Origin: Eledone cirrhosa
Lineage: Eukaryota
DNA: 64,000 bases
Direction of reading: 5' to 3'
Assembly (NCBI GenBank): GCA_964016885.1
Contig: OZ024742.1
Span: 313,100,001 to 313,164,000, forward strand
This document shows positions 51,794 to 64,000 of the stretch, piece by piece (within the stretch, counting starts at the first letter, position 1; every line of letters starts with the position of its first letter). The notes under the pieces were generated by a model that saw only the letters and a list, made by a program, of their open reading frames with translations, was not told the DNA's origin and made no database searches. The position numbers were made by a program, and so were the translations under genes.

Positions 51794-52323
51794 CTTGTTC
51801 TCCTTCTTCTTCCTTGCCCACCTATTTCTGAGAGGGTCATGGGGGCAGAGTCCTCAAACACTCCTTCCAGCGGATCCTGTCGGAAGCGACCATCTCCAAC
51901 TGATTTGGCTGGATCCCCAAGCAAGACCAGCCAAGCTCATGGATATTATCCAACCATCTTGCTCAGAGTCTACCCTTGGGTCTCCTACTGGTTGGTTTTG
52001 CCTGTAAAATGTGTCCAGTGATTCTTTCCTGAAATATTATAACCACATGTCCATAGTATCAGAGCTGTGATCTCTCAATTTGGAGAAGTAGCGGCTCAAC
52101 CTGAAGTGACTCTCTTATCTCTGAGCTACGCATTCCATCAAGTAACATTACTTCAAAGCCCCTTCGGAAGAACCCCATTTCAGCCGCTTGTATTCATGAT
52201 TGTATTTTTTGGGGTCATTACCCAAGATTCATGACCATAGGTAAGGGTTGGCATGAATACCAAATTGAAGATAGCGAGTTTTGCTTTTACGCCTACCTTC
52301 CTTCTTCTGATTACCATATGCTG
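51794..52323 (-). mobile_element. RTE-like LINE 3' fragment nested in a piggyBac-like MITE, 9-bp TSD
   Basis: EPLLLQIERSQL..YGHV..RRPKGR; AAGTTAGTT at 51785-51793 and 52324-52332. Confidence 0.7.
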
Positions 52324-52769
52324 AAGTTAGTTATATAACTAAATCTTTCCAAATTCTTGATTATTTTCAAAATATTGAAAACGATAGGCAGTGACTTTCA
52401 TCAGAAATATGGTAAGAAAAGGGTTAAATTAACTTCTTTCTAGTCTTCCCAGCTTCCATCCAGCTTTGTCATTTCAGAAAGACAAAACACCCTCTTTATG
52501 CTAGTTTGTAGAATTTCAATTAGTGATTGTGTAGTGGTTTAGATGTATTTCTGAAGGAATGTTGTAAATTTTAATCGACTCTAATCTAATGTCACTATGA
52601 ACGAAATGGATATTAAAATGATAATAATACTAATGATAGAGGAAACATACACACATGTGCACACTCATACAAACAAATACTTACACATAGACACATATGC
52701 ACACTCAAAAATATGTCTATATGTATATATTTATATATATATATATATATAATATATATGTCTCTCACT

Positions 52770-52801
<32 letters not shown>

Positions 52802-52946
52802 ATGTATATATATATATATATAGATATATATATATATATATAAAGTATTTCCGTAGGAAGGATAAAGGAAAGGAGAGTGCTCTATGTACAGAGCTATTTA
52901 TATATATATATATATGTGTCTCTCTATCTCTCTCTCTCACTCTCTT

Positions 52947-52983
<37 letters not shown>

Positions 52984-53739
52984 GTTAATGTATATAAATA
53001 TATGTTTGTGCATATATAAATATATATATATATACACACACACATAAAAGCTCTAAATACATGCATACATAGGTGTATGCATGTATGCATAATATGTTAG
53101 AATTGATAACTTCATTCTTTCTTTTCTCATACACAGCCTATTGCTATATACATAGGCAAAAATGCACATACATATACCAGTACATATATACGCACATGGG
53201 AATATATGTATTTGAGAATGTGTCATATATATAAACCTCTATATATACATGTGTACAGCACCAAATACACATTTTACATATCATTATAGAAACAACTACT
53301 TGCATCCCTATGTTTATACAGCAATCTTCACTGCTGCCTAGCAATATTTCCCTAAATTACATGGTGAAGTAATAAAAACACTTTATTTACGACACCCAAG
53401 CAACTTTAGCTTTCTATTTTGCTGGTATAACAAAGAATAACGCAGAATCAATGAGATGTCAAGGTGATTGGAATTGAAAAGAAAGACTAACAAAAGAATG
53501 GGTTCAGGAAATATTCAAGAATGGTGAAATTATCAAAATTGGGAGAAATATGAAGTGATATAGAGTTAAATAGATCTAACAATAGAGAGATAGAGATATA
53601 GAGTGTCATTTAGATGACTGAGAGATAGAAAGTTAGATATATGTAGTTATAGATAGAGAGTTATAGAAATGGAATAATAGAGATGAAATGATAGAGAATT
53701 AGATAAGTCTTGTTATATATAGAGAGTTATATAAAAAGA

Positions 53740-54312
53740 ATTGATAGATAGAGAGTTATATAGAAGGAATTGATAGATAGAGAGTTAGATGTTGTGATAG
53801 AGTTATATAGACGGAATTGATAGATAGAGAGTTTAGATGTTGTGATAGAGAGTTATATAGAAGGAATTGATAGATAGAGAGTTAGATGTTGTGATAGAGT
53901 TATATAGAAGGAATTGATAGATAGAGAGTTAGATGTTGTGATAGAGAGTTATATAGAAGGAATTGATAGATAGAGAGTTAGATGTTGTGATAGAGTTATA
54001 TAGACGGAATTGATAGATAGAGAGTTTAGATGTTGTGATAGAGAGTTATATAGAAGGAATTGATAGATAGAGAGTTAGATGTTGTGATAGAGAGTTATAT
54101 AGAAGGAATTGATAGATAGAGAGTTAGATGTTGTGATAGAGAGTTATATAGACGGAATTGATAGATAGAGAGTTAGATGTTGTGATAGAGAGTTATATAG
54201 ACAGAATTGATAGATAGAGAGTTTAGATGTTGTGATAGAGAGTTATATAGAAGGAATTGATAGATAGAGAGTTAGATGTTGTGATAGAGAGTTATATAGA
54301 TGTTGTGATAGA
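53740..54312. repeat. ~49-bp GATA-rich minisatellite (~12 copies)
   Basis: ATAGATAGAGAGTTAGATGTTGTGATAGAGAGTTATATAGAAGGAATTG. Confidence 0.92.
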
Positions 54313-54520
54313 TAGGTAGACAGTTAAATAGATGTAGTGTTAAACAGATAGAGAGACATAAATGAAATGACAGATACAGAATTAAATAGATGTTGTGGTG
54401 ATAGATAGAGAGTTATAAAGATGCAGTGATATATAGAGAATTAAATAGGTGTAGTGAGAGTTAGAGAGTTATATAGATGAAGTCAAAGCTAGAGAGTTAG
54501 ATAGATGTAATGATAGATAG

Positions 54521-55292
54521 GTTTCTTTATTTGCCACAAGGGCGCACAAGAAAAAAGGGACAATACAAACCGGGGATTTTACATACAGTCATGTAAAAAA
54601 TATAAAACAAACAATTACAACAATCGAAATCCCCAATAGGAGGGAAGCGCCACAAATGGGTTGTTTAATACCCCGTCGATAGAACAACCCTCAACTTCAG
54701 GAGGGTGTTGTGCAAGTGCTCCTTTCTTCCTTTTGCTCTCTTCCTCAACCTACAAGCTTATAAACAGAGAAGGCCAATCACTCGGGCCATTTTCGCTTCA
54801 TTCACCCACCTTTCAGTAAATTTACTGGGGTGCAGTGCCTCTCTCTCCACTCTGATTCTCCTTCTAAAGTGATATCTAAAGAAGGGAATGAGTTGTCCGG
54901 AGAGAAAGGCATCTGTCCTCAGTCCTCTCAATCTCGTCCACCATATAACCTCTTTCACCATAGCCACTGTACAGCAGAAAACCGCGTCTCTTTCGTTTTT
55001 GAAAGAGGCTGGCGGTTTGATCCTTACTATGGACTCGGCAGTCAACTGGATTTGTCCAATACGCGACAGCAGTTGTTCTGCATAGTTCCACATGTCGGTT
55101 ACGCCCGGGCAGTATACAATTGCGTGCAGGACGGTTTTCAATGTCCTGCTCGCATCTTGGACACATCCTCCGTGCCTGTAGATCTTGTCACGAACCGGTA
55201 GAGCTCCTCGGTAGCAGTGTCAGGCCAGGAACCTCTGGAAGTTGTCCATAGGTCCCAGGCGGAAAGTCCTACCAAACAGACTGGTGAGCTCG
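54521..55292 (-). mobile_element. 5'-truncated Tx1-family LINE
   Basis: MDNFQRFLA, CPRC, VAMVKEVIWWTRL, FTERWV; terminus GGCAAATAAAGAAA abuts GATAG repeats. Confidence 0.9.
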
Positions 55293-55371
55293 TGAGAGAA
55301 AGTTAGATAGATGAAGTGATAGATTGAGAATTAAATAGATGTAGTGATAGAGTTAAATAGATGTAGAGATA

Positions 55372-56682
55372 TCTTTCTTTATTTGCCACAGGAGCGTACA
55401 AAAATGGAACATTACAAGACGTGACGGCGGGGGTTTTATATAAAAATCTTATAACTTTAACATTAATAAATAACAATAAACTATCATCATCATCATCATT
55501 TCACGTCCGCCTTTCCCTGCTTGCAAGGGTGGGACGGGAACTGATTCTGGCTTGATTTCTACAGCTGGATGCCCTTCCTAACACAAACCTCATTTACAGT
55601 GAGTGCTGGGTGCTTTTTTTGCCGTGGCAACTCCACGACCACTTTGCAGTGGAATGATATGGACCCCAGTCTTATCATCTCATTTCTACATCTGAGTAAA
55701 CTGGAGCAATGTGAAATAAAGTGTCTTGCTCAAGGAAACAACACATCACCCGGTCTAAGAATTGAAATCACGACCTTTCAATTGCAAGGCCAATGCTCTA
55801 ACCACTAAGCCATGTGCTTCCAAACTATATATAATAAAATAACAATTGAAATCCCCAATAGGGGGGAACATTACTTCAGGGTTGTTTTACACCCCGTGAA
55901 TAGAACAACCCTCAACACCAGGAACACGTTTTGTAGGTGTTCCCGTCTTCCCTCTGTTTATCTTCCTCAACCTACAGGTTTATATACAGAGAAGGTCCAT
56001 TCACTCGGGCCATTTTCGCCACATTCACCCACCTTTCAGCGAATTTACTGGGGTGTAACACCTCTCTTTCCACTCTCACCTTCCTTCTGAAGTGGTACTT
56101 AAAGAAGGGGATAAGTTGTTGTCCGGAGAGAAAGGAGTTTTCCCTCAGTCCTTTTAACCTCGTCCACCATATTATCTCTTTCGCCATAGCCACCAGACAG
56201 AGGAAAACTGCCTCTCCTTCATTCTTAAATTAAGGCGACGGGTTGATTCTCATGATGGACTCGGCTGACAACTGGATGCATCCCACATGTGACAGTAGCT
56301 GTTCGACATAATTCCACAGGTCGGTCACCCCTGGGCACTGAACAATTGCGTGCAGAACGGTTTCGATGTCCTGCTCGCATCTTGGACAGGTCCTTTTGGC
56401 AGGATCTCTGCCAGGGCACCTGTGCCTATAGATTTTGTCTCGAACTGGTAGAGCTCCTCAGTAGCACTGCCAGGCCAGAGACCTCTGGAAGTTATCCATA
56501 GGCCCTGGATGGAAAGTCCCCCGAACAGACTGGTCAGTTTGTCCTCCCCGATGCCTAGAGTTTCCCCGAGAACGTTGTCGCACTTATCCTCCACTAATCC
56601 CCTATAGAATGTCGAAGTGGGAGTCTCCGCTGATTGCCGTTTCCGCTTGGTAGAGGGCTGTGAGCACCTGAAGGCACTCGAG
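55372..56682 (-). mobile_element. 5'-truncated Tx1-family LINE with a SINE nested in its 3' UTR
   Basis: MAKEIIWWTRLKGL..FAERWVNVAKMARVNGPSLYINL; same terminus. Confidence 0.9.
55485..55821 (-). mobile_element. tRNA/CORE/RTE-tail SINE with 7-bp TSD
   Basis: AAACTAT at 55478-55484 and 55822-55828. Confidence 0.9.
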
Positions 56683-56684
56683 GT

Positions 56685-58482
56685 TAGAGGGTTAGATAGA
56701 TGTAGAGCTGGAGAGTTAGATAGATGTAGTGATAGACAGAAAGTTAGATAGATGAAGTGATAATTAGAGAGTTAGATAGATGAAGTGATAATTAGAGAGT
56801 TAGATAGATGAAGTGATAATTAGAGAGTTAGATAGATGAAGTGATAATTAGAGAGTTAGATAGATGAAGTGAGAGTTTGAGAGTTAGCGAGATAGATAGA
56901 TAGATAGATGAAGTGAGAGTTTGGGAGTTAGATAGATGAAGTGAGAGTTAGAGAGATAGATAGATGAAGTGAGAGTTAGAGAGATAGATAGATGAAGTGA
57001 GAGTTAGAGAGATAGATAGATGAAGTGAGAGTTAGAGAGATAGATAGATGAAGTGAGAGTTGGAGAGATAGATAGATGAAGTGAGAGTTGGAGAGATAGA
57101 TAGATGAAGTGAGAGTTGGAGAGATAGATAGATGAAGTGAGAGTTGGAGAGATAGATAGATGAAGTGAGAGTTAGAGAGATAGATAGATGAAGTGAGAGT
57201 TGGAGAGATAGATAGATGAAGTGAGAGTTAGAGAGATAGATAGATAAAGTGAGAGTTAGAGAGATAGATAGATGAAGTGAGAGTTAGAGAGATAGATAGA
57301 TGAAGTGAGAGTTAGAGAGATAGATAGATGAAGTGAGAGTTAGAGAGATAGATAGATGAAGTGAGAGTTGGAGAGATAGATAGATGAAGTGAGAGTTGGA
57401 GAGATAGATAGATGAAGTGAGAGTTGGAGAGATAGATAGATGAAGTGAGAGTTGGAGAGATAGATAGATGAAGTGAGAGTTGGAGAGATAGATAGATGAA
57501 GTGAGAGTTGGAGAGATAGATAGATGAAGTGAGAGTTAGAGAGATAGATAGATAAAGTGAGAGTTAGAGAGTTAGAGAGATAGATAGATAAAGTGAGAGT
57601 TAGAGAGATAGATAGATGAAGTGAGAGTTGGAGAGATAGATAGATGAAGTGAGAGTTGGAGAGATAGATAGATGAAGTGAGAGTTAGAGAGATAGATAGA
57701 TGAAGTGAGAGTTAGAGAGATAGATAGATGAAGTGAGAGTTAGAGAGATAGATAGATGAAGTGAGAGTTAGAGAGATAGATAGATGAAGTGAGAGTTAGA
57801 GAGATAGATAGATGAAGTGAGAGTTAGAGAGATAGATAGATGAAGTGAGAGTTAGAGAGATAGATAGATGAAGTGAGAGTTAGAGAGATAGATAGATGAA
57901 GTGAGAGTTAGAGAGATAGATAGATGAAGTGAGAGTTAGAGAGATAGATAGATAAAGTGAGAGTTAGAGAGATAGATAGATAAAGTGAGAGTTAGAGAGA
58001 TAGATAGATGAAGTGAGAGTTAGAGAGATAGATAGATGAAGTGAGAGTTAGAGAGATAGATAGATGAAGTGAGAGTTAGAGAGATAGATAGATGAAGTGA
58101 GAGTTAGAGAGATAGATAGATGAAGTGAGAGTTAGAGAGATAGATAGATGAAGTGAGAGTTAGAGAGATAGATAGATGAAGTAAGAGTTAGAGAGATAGA
58201 TAGATGAAGTGAGAGTTAGAGAGTTGGATAGATGGAGTGAGAGTTGGAGAGATAGATAGATGGAGTGAGAGTTGGAGAGATAGATAGATGAAGTGAGAGT
58301 TGGAGAGATAGATAGATGAAGTGAGAGTTGGAGAGATAGATAGATGAAGTGAGAGTTAGAGAGATAGATAGATGAAGTGAGAGTTGGAGAGATAGATAGA
58401 TGAAGTGAGAGTTTGAGAGATAGATAGATGAAGTGAGAGTTTGAGAGATAGATAGATAAAGTGAGAGTTAGAGAGATAGATA
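56685..58482. repeat. 28-bp GATA satellite GAGAGTTAGAGAGATAGATAGATGAAGT (left part)
   Basis: Direct reading; + strand almost devoid of C. Confidence 0.97.
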
Positions 58483-58746
58483 TGTTTCTTTTATTTGCCA
58501 CCAGGGCATCAAAAGTGGGACAAGTACAAAGGGGGGAGTTTACAAAACAAGGCGTCCTCAATAAGGAGGAGGCAATAACAATATATAAAAATAAAATAAA
58601 ATATAACAAAAAATAAAATTTATAACAAAGTCCTCAATAGAGAGGAGGCGCCTTGGGGGGTTGCACACACCCCCGAAAAAAGTGTGCAACCCTTCTCCTC
58701 AGGAGCACAGAGAAGGGGTGCTCCCTTGGTCTTTCATCTTCCTCAC

Positions 58747-61700
58747 CTATAGTCTGATGTAGAGTGAAGGCCCATTCACACGGGCCATTCTCGCCACTTT
58801 CACCCATCTTTCATAGAAACAGCTGGGGTGCAGCACCTCTCTCTTCATCCTGATCCTTCTTCCGAAATGATATCGGAAGAAACGGACCAGTTGTTGGCCA
58901 GAGAGAAAGGTGTCTGACCTCAGTCCTTTCAGACGCGTCCACCATACAACCTCTTTCGCCATGGCTATTACGCACAGAAACACCGCCTCTCCTTCGTTTT
59001 TGAAGAGGGGAGGCGGCTTGATCGTTACAATAGACTCGGTGGTCAACCGGATCGGTCCCACCCTTGACAACAGTTGTTCGACATAGCCCCACAGATCGGC
59101 AATGCCCGAGCAGTGTACCAATGTGTGTGCAACGGTTTCCTCGTCGCACACGCATCTGGGACAGACCTTTTTCGATGGGTCCCTACCCGGGCGCCCGTGT
59201 CTGTAGAGCCTTTCTCGAACGGGCAGAGCCCTTCTGTAGCATTGCCAGGCCAGGGACCTCTGGAAGTTATCCATGGGTCCTGGGCTGAATGTCCTACCGA
59301 ACAGGTTGGCCAGTCGTCTTCCTCCATGCCTAGGGCTTCTCCGAGGGCGTCGTCGCACCTGCTAACCACCAGCCCTCTATAGAATGACGAGGTGGATTCT
59401 CCACTGACAGCCGGGTCCACCTGCCAGAGAGCCGTGAGCGCCTGGGCACACTCGGTGTGCCAGGCGCCCAGTTTTCTCGGTCTTTGCTTGACCCAGGATT
59501 GCAGCTCGGTGAGTGAGACGAGTCTGGGAAAGGCTCGCCTCACAAACGGGGCCCACACCGGTTGACCGGAGAGGAATACCTGAAGGTGCCGTAGCCTTAA
59601 TGCGTGTTTACGTATCATCAGCCACGGCATCCCCAGCCCTCCTTTCGAAGGGTGTTGACAGCAGATGGATCTCCTCACCATAGGAGCCCGCCTCTTCCAA
59701 AGGAATTGGAAGAGTGCGCGCTCCATTTTGGCGAGCGTTTCCCTTGGGCAAGGCACCACGGTCAGGCGGTAGTAGATGACGGACGCTATATAAGTGTTCG
59801 CCACCTCCGCCCGACCTTTCAGGGACAGTTTGCACTCGGCCCACTTCTGGGCCAGTGCAAACACCCTGCTCGTCACCTCACCCCAGTTCTTCTCCACCTG
59901 GAGGTCTGGTCTGAACCAGATCCCGAGCAATTTCACCGGGCCCTCCGTCCAGTGCCCGACGACGCCATCGGAGGGCATCGATCTGCCCCTCCACGTGCCG
60001 AGTTGCAGACCGATCGACTTGTCCCGGTTCAGCTTAGCCCCTGTAAACCTTTCGTACTCCTCCAGTAAGGTGCCGATCGCCCCGATTTCCGAGGCCGTCG
60101 ACACCATTACTGTTACGTCATCGGCGTAGGCTGACACCGCTTTCCGCAATCCCGGTTCCAACGGGATGCCCTGCAACAACTCCAACTTCCGCAGTAGTAG
60201 CTCTAGAGTCACTACATACAGAAGGGAGGAGAGAGGGCACCCCTGTCGGATGGACCGCGCGATTTCGAACGGCTCCGAGAGGTAGCCGTTCACCTTGACC
60301 CTAGAGCAGATGCGGCTGCTGTGCATAGCAGTGATCCAGCCCCTGAAAACGGGTCCGAAGCCTGCCGCCGCTAGCACCGCATCCAGGTAACCATGGTCGA
60401 CCCTATCGAATGCCTTAGATTGATCCAAGTTGATCAGGGCCCCACCAAAGCCGGGTTCGTTCCCAACCCTCTCTATGATGTATCGCATGAGGTGGAGGTT
60501 ATCGTGGATGGACCTGGACGGGATAGCACATGTCTGCGCATCTCCCACCAGGTTGCCCACGACAAGCGCCAACCTCTTTGCTAGCACCTTGGCCAAAATC
60601 TGTAACTCTGTATTTAGCAGAGTTATAGGCCTGAAATTATTTATATCGTCCCCCTTGTTCTCGTCCTTCCTCACTAGCGTGACTACGCCCTTGGTCACAG
60701 CACAGGGAATTCTCCCGTTCTGTTGCCAGTTGCAGTAGACCGCCTCGAGGAGTTCGGGGAACAAGTCCGGCATAGCTAGATATAGTTCGTATGGAAGACC
60801 ATCGAGACCTGGGGATTTGCGTTTGCCGCATTGGCTCAGCACGTCCTCTATCTCAGCGGCTGAAATCGGCTCCTCGCAGGACTTCGCCTCCCTGTCCGAG
60901 AGACGCGGCAGGCCGTCGAGGTATGGACCGAAGTCCACGTCCCCAACCGGCCCCCCGCCCCTTCCGAAGAATTCGGCAAAGTGCTTTTGAAAAGCCTCGC
61001 ACATCTGCTTAGGTTCAAGGATCACCCGTCCATCCTGGTCTCGCAAAGACCGGATAGTGGATCTGCTCCCTCTTTTGGCTTCTGTCACGCGGGCCCAGCT
61101 AACAGCTTTGGTCCCCTCGTTTCCCAGAGCACGTATTTTGCTTCGGACGATGCAGCCTTCGTGTTTCGCGTCGAAGAACTGGCCCAGGGCCGTTCTCGAC
61201 GCTAGCACTCTGGCCACGTCGCCGCTTCTAATTGCCTCTTCTACACTATCTACCAACTCCCTTTCCTTCCTATTTCTATTGGAGGCTAACTCCTTACTAA
61301 ATTCTATAGAGACTACTCTAATCTCTCTTTTGAGAGATCCCCACCACCTGCTGTTGACGATGGCGCCCGTCAACCGCTCCTTAACTAAAGTGCTAATCCG
61401 GTTCCTGTAAGCCTTACTTGCCGGTAAGGACAAGTTGAGCTTCCAGTAACCGGGTCCCTGTCTATGAGTTCTGTCAAGGTTGACCATGCAGGTCACTAAT
61501 TTGTGGTCTGAATAGCCAACCATGCGCATTTTTGGACAACTTAAAAAGTCCTTATCCTTAATTCTAACTAAGAACCTATCTAGGTATGACCTAGATGTTC
61601 CGCTACGATTTGCCCAAGTCCAGGTTGGCGCAGTCGGAAAATCTAGTCGATATCTATCGGCCAGGTCAAATCGACCGATTAACCCTTTGAGGCTATTACA

Positions 61701-62183
61701 CCCCTCTCTATCGGGACAGGCCCCTACGTAGTCCCAGCGTGCATCTAGGATACCATTCCAGTCCCCCACTAATAGCAAGGAGCGGGACGTCCCCAGAAAA
61801 GTCTCCAGACGATGGAAGAAGTCCGGCCGCATTGACCCGAAAGGGTCGTAGGCGGCTACCAACCTAAACGCTCCGCCTTTACCACTGCCAAGGTCCAGAA
61901 CCACTAGTCGACCCTCCGGGTCCAAATGTACCATCTGTGTTGCGAGACCCAGATGTTTTTGCAGCAGAACGACAACTCCACCCCCACCTTCGGGCTGACA
62001 GAGAGATGCGTGCATCTCAAAGTCATCAAAGGTGGGGGCCAGCTGTCGCACGTTGCTGATCCGGGCCTTGCAAATAACCATCACATCTATACGTTGTGAC
62101 CTGAGGTCATTTAGAAGCATTGCTTGCTTCCAAGTTGAGCCCAGGCCACGCGCATTTAAACAGCCTACTCTTAGCATAGCCAT
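58747..62183 (-). pseudogene. Tx1 ORF2: APE endonuclease, RT, C-terminal CCHC; one frameshift near 59315
   Basis: LNARGL, GDWN, LDRF, SDH; SPGLDGLP, RPITLLN, LDQSKAFD, RQGCPLS, YADD; CPRC..ETVAHTLVHC in the shifted frame. Confidence 0.93.
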
Positions 62184-62207
62184 GTTGGTGGTGAAGAGAA
62201 AAGGCAC

Positions 62208-63287
62208 TTACCTCTCTGCGTCCCGGGTATCGGGCTGCACAATTTCCATTAGGGTGGGGGATGGGTTGTTGGGTGGGGTGGTGGTTTGTGGAAGTGTAGG
62301 GGCATCAGTGTGTTGTGTGGTTGGGGAGCTTGGAGTTGTGTGGGTGTTTGGGGAGGGGGTGGGATAGTTTTTTAGGAGGACGCGGTTAATGGGCCCGACG
62401 CAGGGGGGACCCACGTCCTCTTTAAAATTGTCTTTTAAAGTTTTATAGGTGTCCTGTGGGGCCTTAATCATTTTGAGGTGGGGGAAATCCCCTGCCTGAG
62501 TGAAGTTAGGCCCTTGTGTGTTTATTAGATTGTTGTTGTACACAATGTTTAACAGTTTTTTGTTTCTTGTGTTTATGTATGTGTATGCATGTTTTTGTTT
62601 TTGTGTGGTGTTTTTTGTTTGCTGTTGTTGTGAGCTCTTTTGTGTTGGTGTCAGTGTTATGTTTTGGGGAGGGGTTGTTTTCATTTGTGTGTCTGAGGTG
62701 TGTTTTCTTTTTTTTCTTTTGATTGTGTGGAAGTGCTCCTCCTCGTCTGACGACGAACTAGGGTCATCTTCCGCGTTGGAGGGGAGGGGTATATTTTCGG
62801 GTTGTGTTTGCGGTACGGGTGTTTTGGAAATTGTTTTTGTTTTTTGAGTGGAGGGGATGGGTTGGACATTGTTTTGTTTTGGTTTGAGCTGTGGTGGTTG
62901 TTTTTGTAGTGGTAGTTGTGGTGATTGTGTTGGTTGTGCAGTTGTTGGTGGTGTAGGCAGGATTGGGGTTTTCTTATTAAGTTGGGGACAGACAGCCCTC
63001 AGGTGACCTCTGGTTCCGCAGAGGTAACACGAGGGCCGTCTACCCTCAACGGTAATGTTGATGAAGGTTAGATCATCCAGTATGACGCGTTCAGGGATCT
63101 GGGCGATCCTTTCGGGCCTCATTTGAACTACAAGTTCGAGGCTCGTTCCACTGAACGCGTCACCCGATGCCTTTCCCATGGACACCAGCATGTCATCCTC
63201 CAGGTCCAGAAAACCTGTCAAAACCCACCATATGTCCATAATCGGCAGGATGGTGTGGATTTTTATTTTTTGTGTTCTTCTACCCAT
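62208..63287 (-). CDS. Tx1 ORF1 (gag-like zinc-knuckle protein), probably 5'-truncated
   Basis: CYLCGTRGHLRAVC knuckle followed by a P/Q/T/K-rich region, directly upstream of ORF2. Confidence 0.8.
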   Translation of the reverse strand: MGRRTQKIKIHTILPIMDIWWVLTGFLDLEDDMLVSMGKASGDAFSGTSLELVVQMRPERIAQIPERVILDDLTFINITVEGRRPSCYLCGTRGHLRAVCPQLNKKTPILPTPPTTAQPTQSPQLPLQKQPPQLKPKQNNVQPIPSTQKTKTISKTPVPQTQPENIPLPSNAEDDPSSSSDEEEHFHTIKRKKRKHTSDTQMKTTPPQNITLTPTQKSSQQQQTKNTTQKQKHAYTYINTRNKKLLNIVYNNNLINTQGPNFTQAGDFPHLKMIKAPQDTYKTLKDNFKEDVGPPCVGPINRVLLKNYPTPSPNTHTTPSSPTTQHTDAPTLPQTTTPPNNPSPTLMEIVQPDTRDAER

Positions 63288-63297
63288 GTACGTAGGG

Positions 63298-64000
63298 TAG
63301 AGAGATAGATAGATGAAGTGAGAGTTAGAGAGATAGATAGATGAAGTGAGAGTTAGAGAGATAGATAGATAAAGTGAGAGTTAGAGAGATAGATAGATGA
63401 AGTGAGAGTTAGAGAGATAGATAGATGAAGTGAGAGTTAGAGAGATAGATAGATAAAGTGAGAGTTAGAGAGATAGATAGATGAAGTGAGAGTTAGAGAG
63501 ATAGATAGATAAAGTGAGAGTTGGAGAGATAGATAGATGAAGTGAGAGTTGGAGAGATAGATAGATAAAGTGAGAGTTAGAGAGATAGATAGATGAAGTG
63601 AGAGTTAGAGAGATAGATAGATGAAGTGAGAGTTAGAGAGATAGATAGATGAAGTGAGAGTTGGAGAGATAGATAGATGAAGTTAGAGTTGGAGAGATAG
63701 ATAGATGAAGTGAGAGTTAGAGAGATAGATAGATGAAGTGAGAGTTGGAGCGATAGATAGATAAAGTGAGAGTTAGAGAGATAGATAGATAAAGTGAGAG
63801 TTAGAGAGATAGATAGATGAAGTGAGAGTTAGAGAGATAGATAGATGAAGTGAGAGTTGGAGAGATAGATAGATGAAGTGAGAGTTGGAGAGATAGATAG
63901 ATGAAGTGAGAGTTAGAGAGATAGATAGATGAAGTGAGAGTTAGAGAGATAGATAGATGAAGTGAGAGTTAGAGAGATAGATAGATGAAGTGAGAGTTGG
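63298..64000. repeat. 28-bp GATA satellite (right part, runs off the window)
   Basis: Same unit as 56900-58482. Confidence 0.97.

Larger units (their letters stand above)
58483..63297 (-). mobile_element. Near-full-length Tx1/L1-clade non-LTR retrotransposon, ~14-bp TSD
   Basis: ORF1 + ORF2 + 3' UTR ending AAATAAAAGAAA; TAGAGAGATAGATA at 58469-58482 and 63298-63311. Confidence 0.95.

Noticed and set aside
59604-61731. + strand ORFs overlapping Tx1 ORF2
   Set aside because: Antisense shadows of a GC-rich coding region

Overview
Eukaryotic, AT-rich, repeat-dominated DNA with no host protein-coding gene I can support. The long (TA)n, (CT)n and (GAT)n tracts, tRNA-head CORE and Deu/Nin-type SINEs and RTE LINEs suggest an invertebrate, most plausibly an octopus-like cephalopod (inference). 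Most ORF-track entries are microsatellite artefacts. Main content: (i) a near-full-length Tx1/L1-clade LINE (58483-63297, minus) and several truncated relatives, three inserted in one orientation into GATA-rich satellite; (ii) decayed RTE, CR1-group, CRE-like, Penelope-like, mariner and hAT elements; (iii) an 8.9 kb 35-bp satellite amplified from inside a SINE; (iv) at least seven type I hammerhead-ribozyme motifs read by eye, all on the + strand, including a tandem 372-bp unit and a 719-bp terminally redundant element with a greatly enlarged, covarying stem II (retrozyme/Penelope-like); (v) a 790-bp foldback DNA element with an 8-bp TSD whose inner arms are an inverted duplication of the Tx1 3' end. 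All calls are by eye; boundaries of decayed repeats are approximate.
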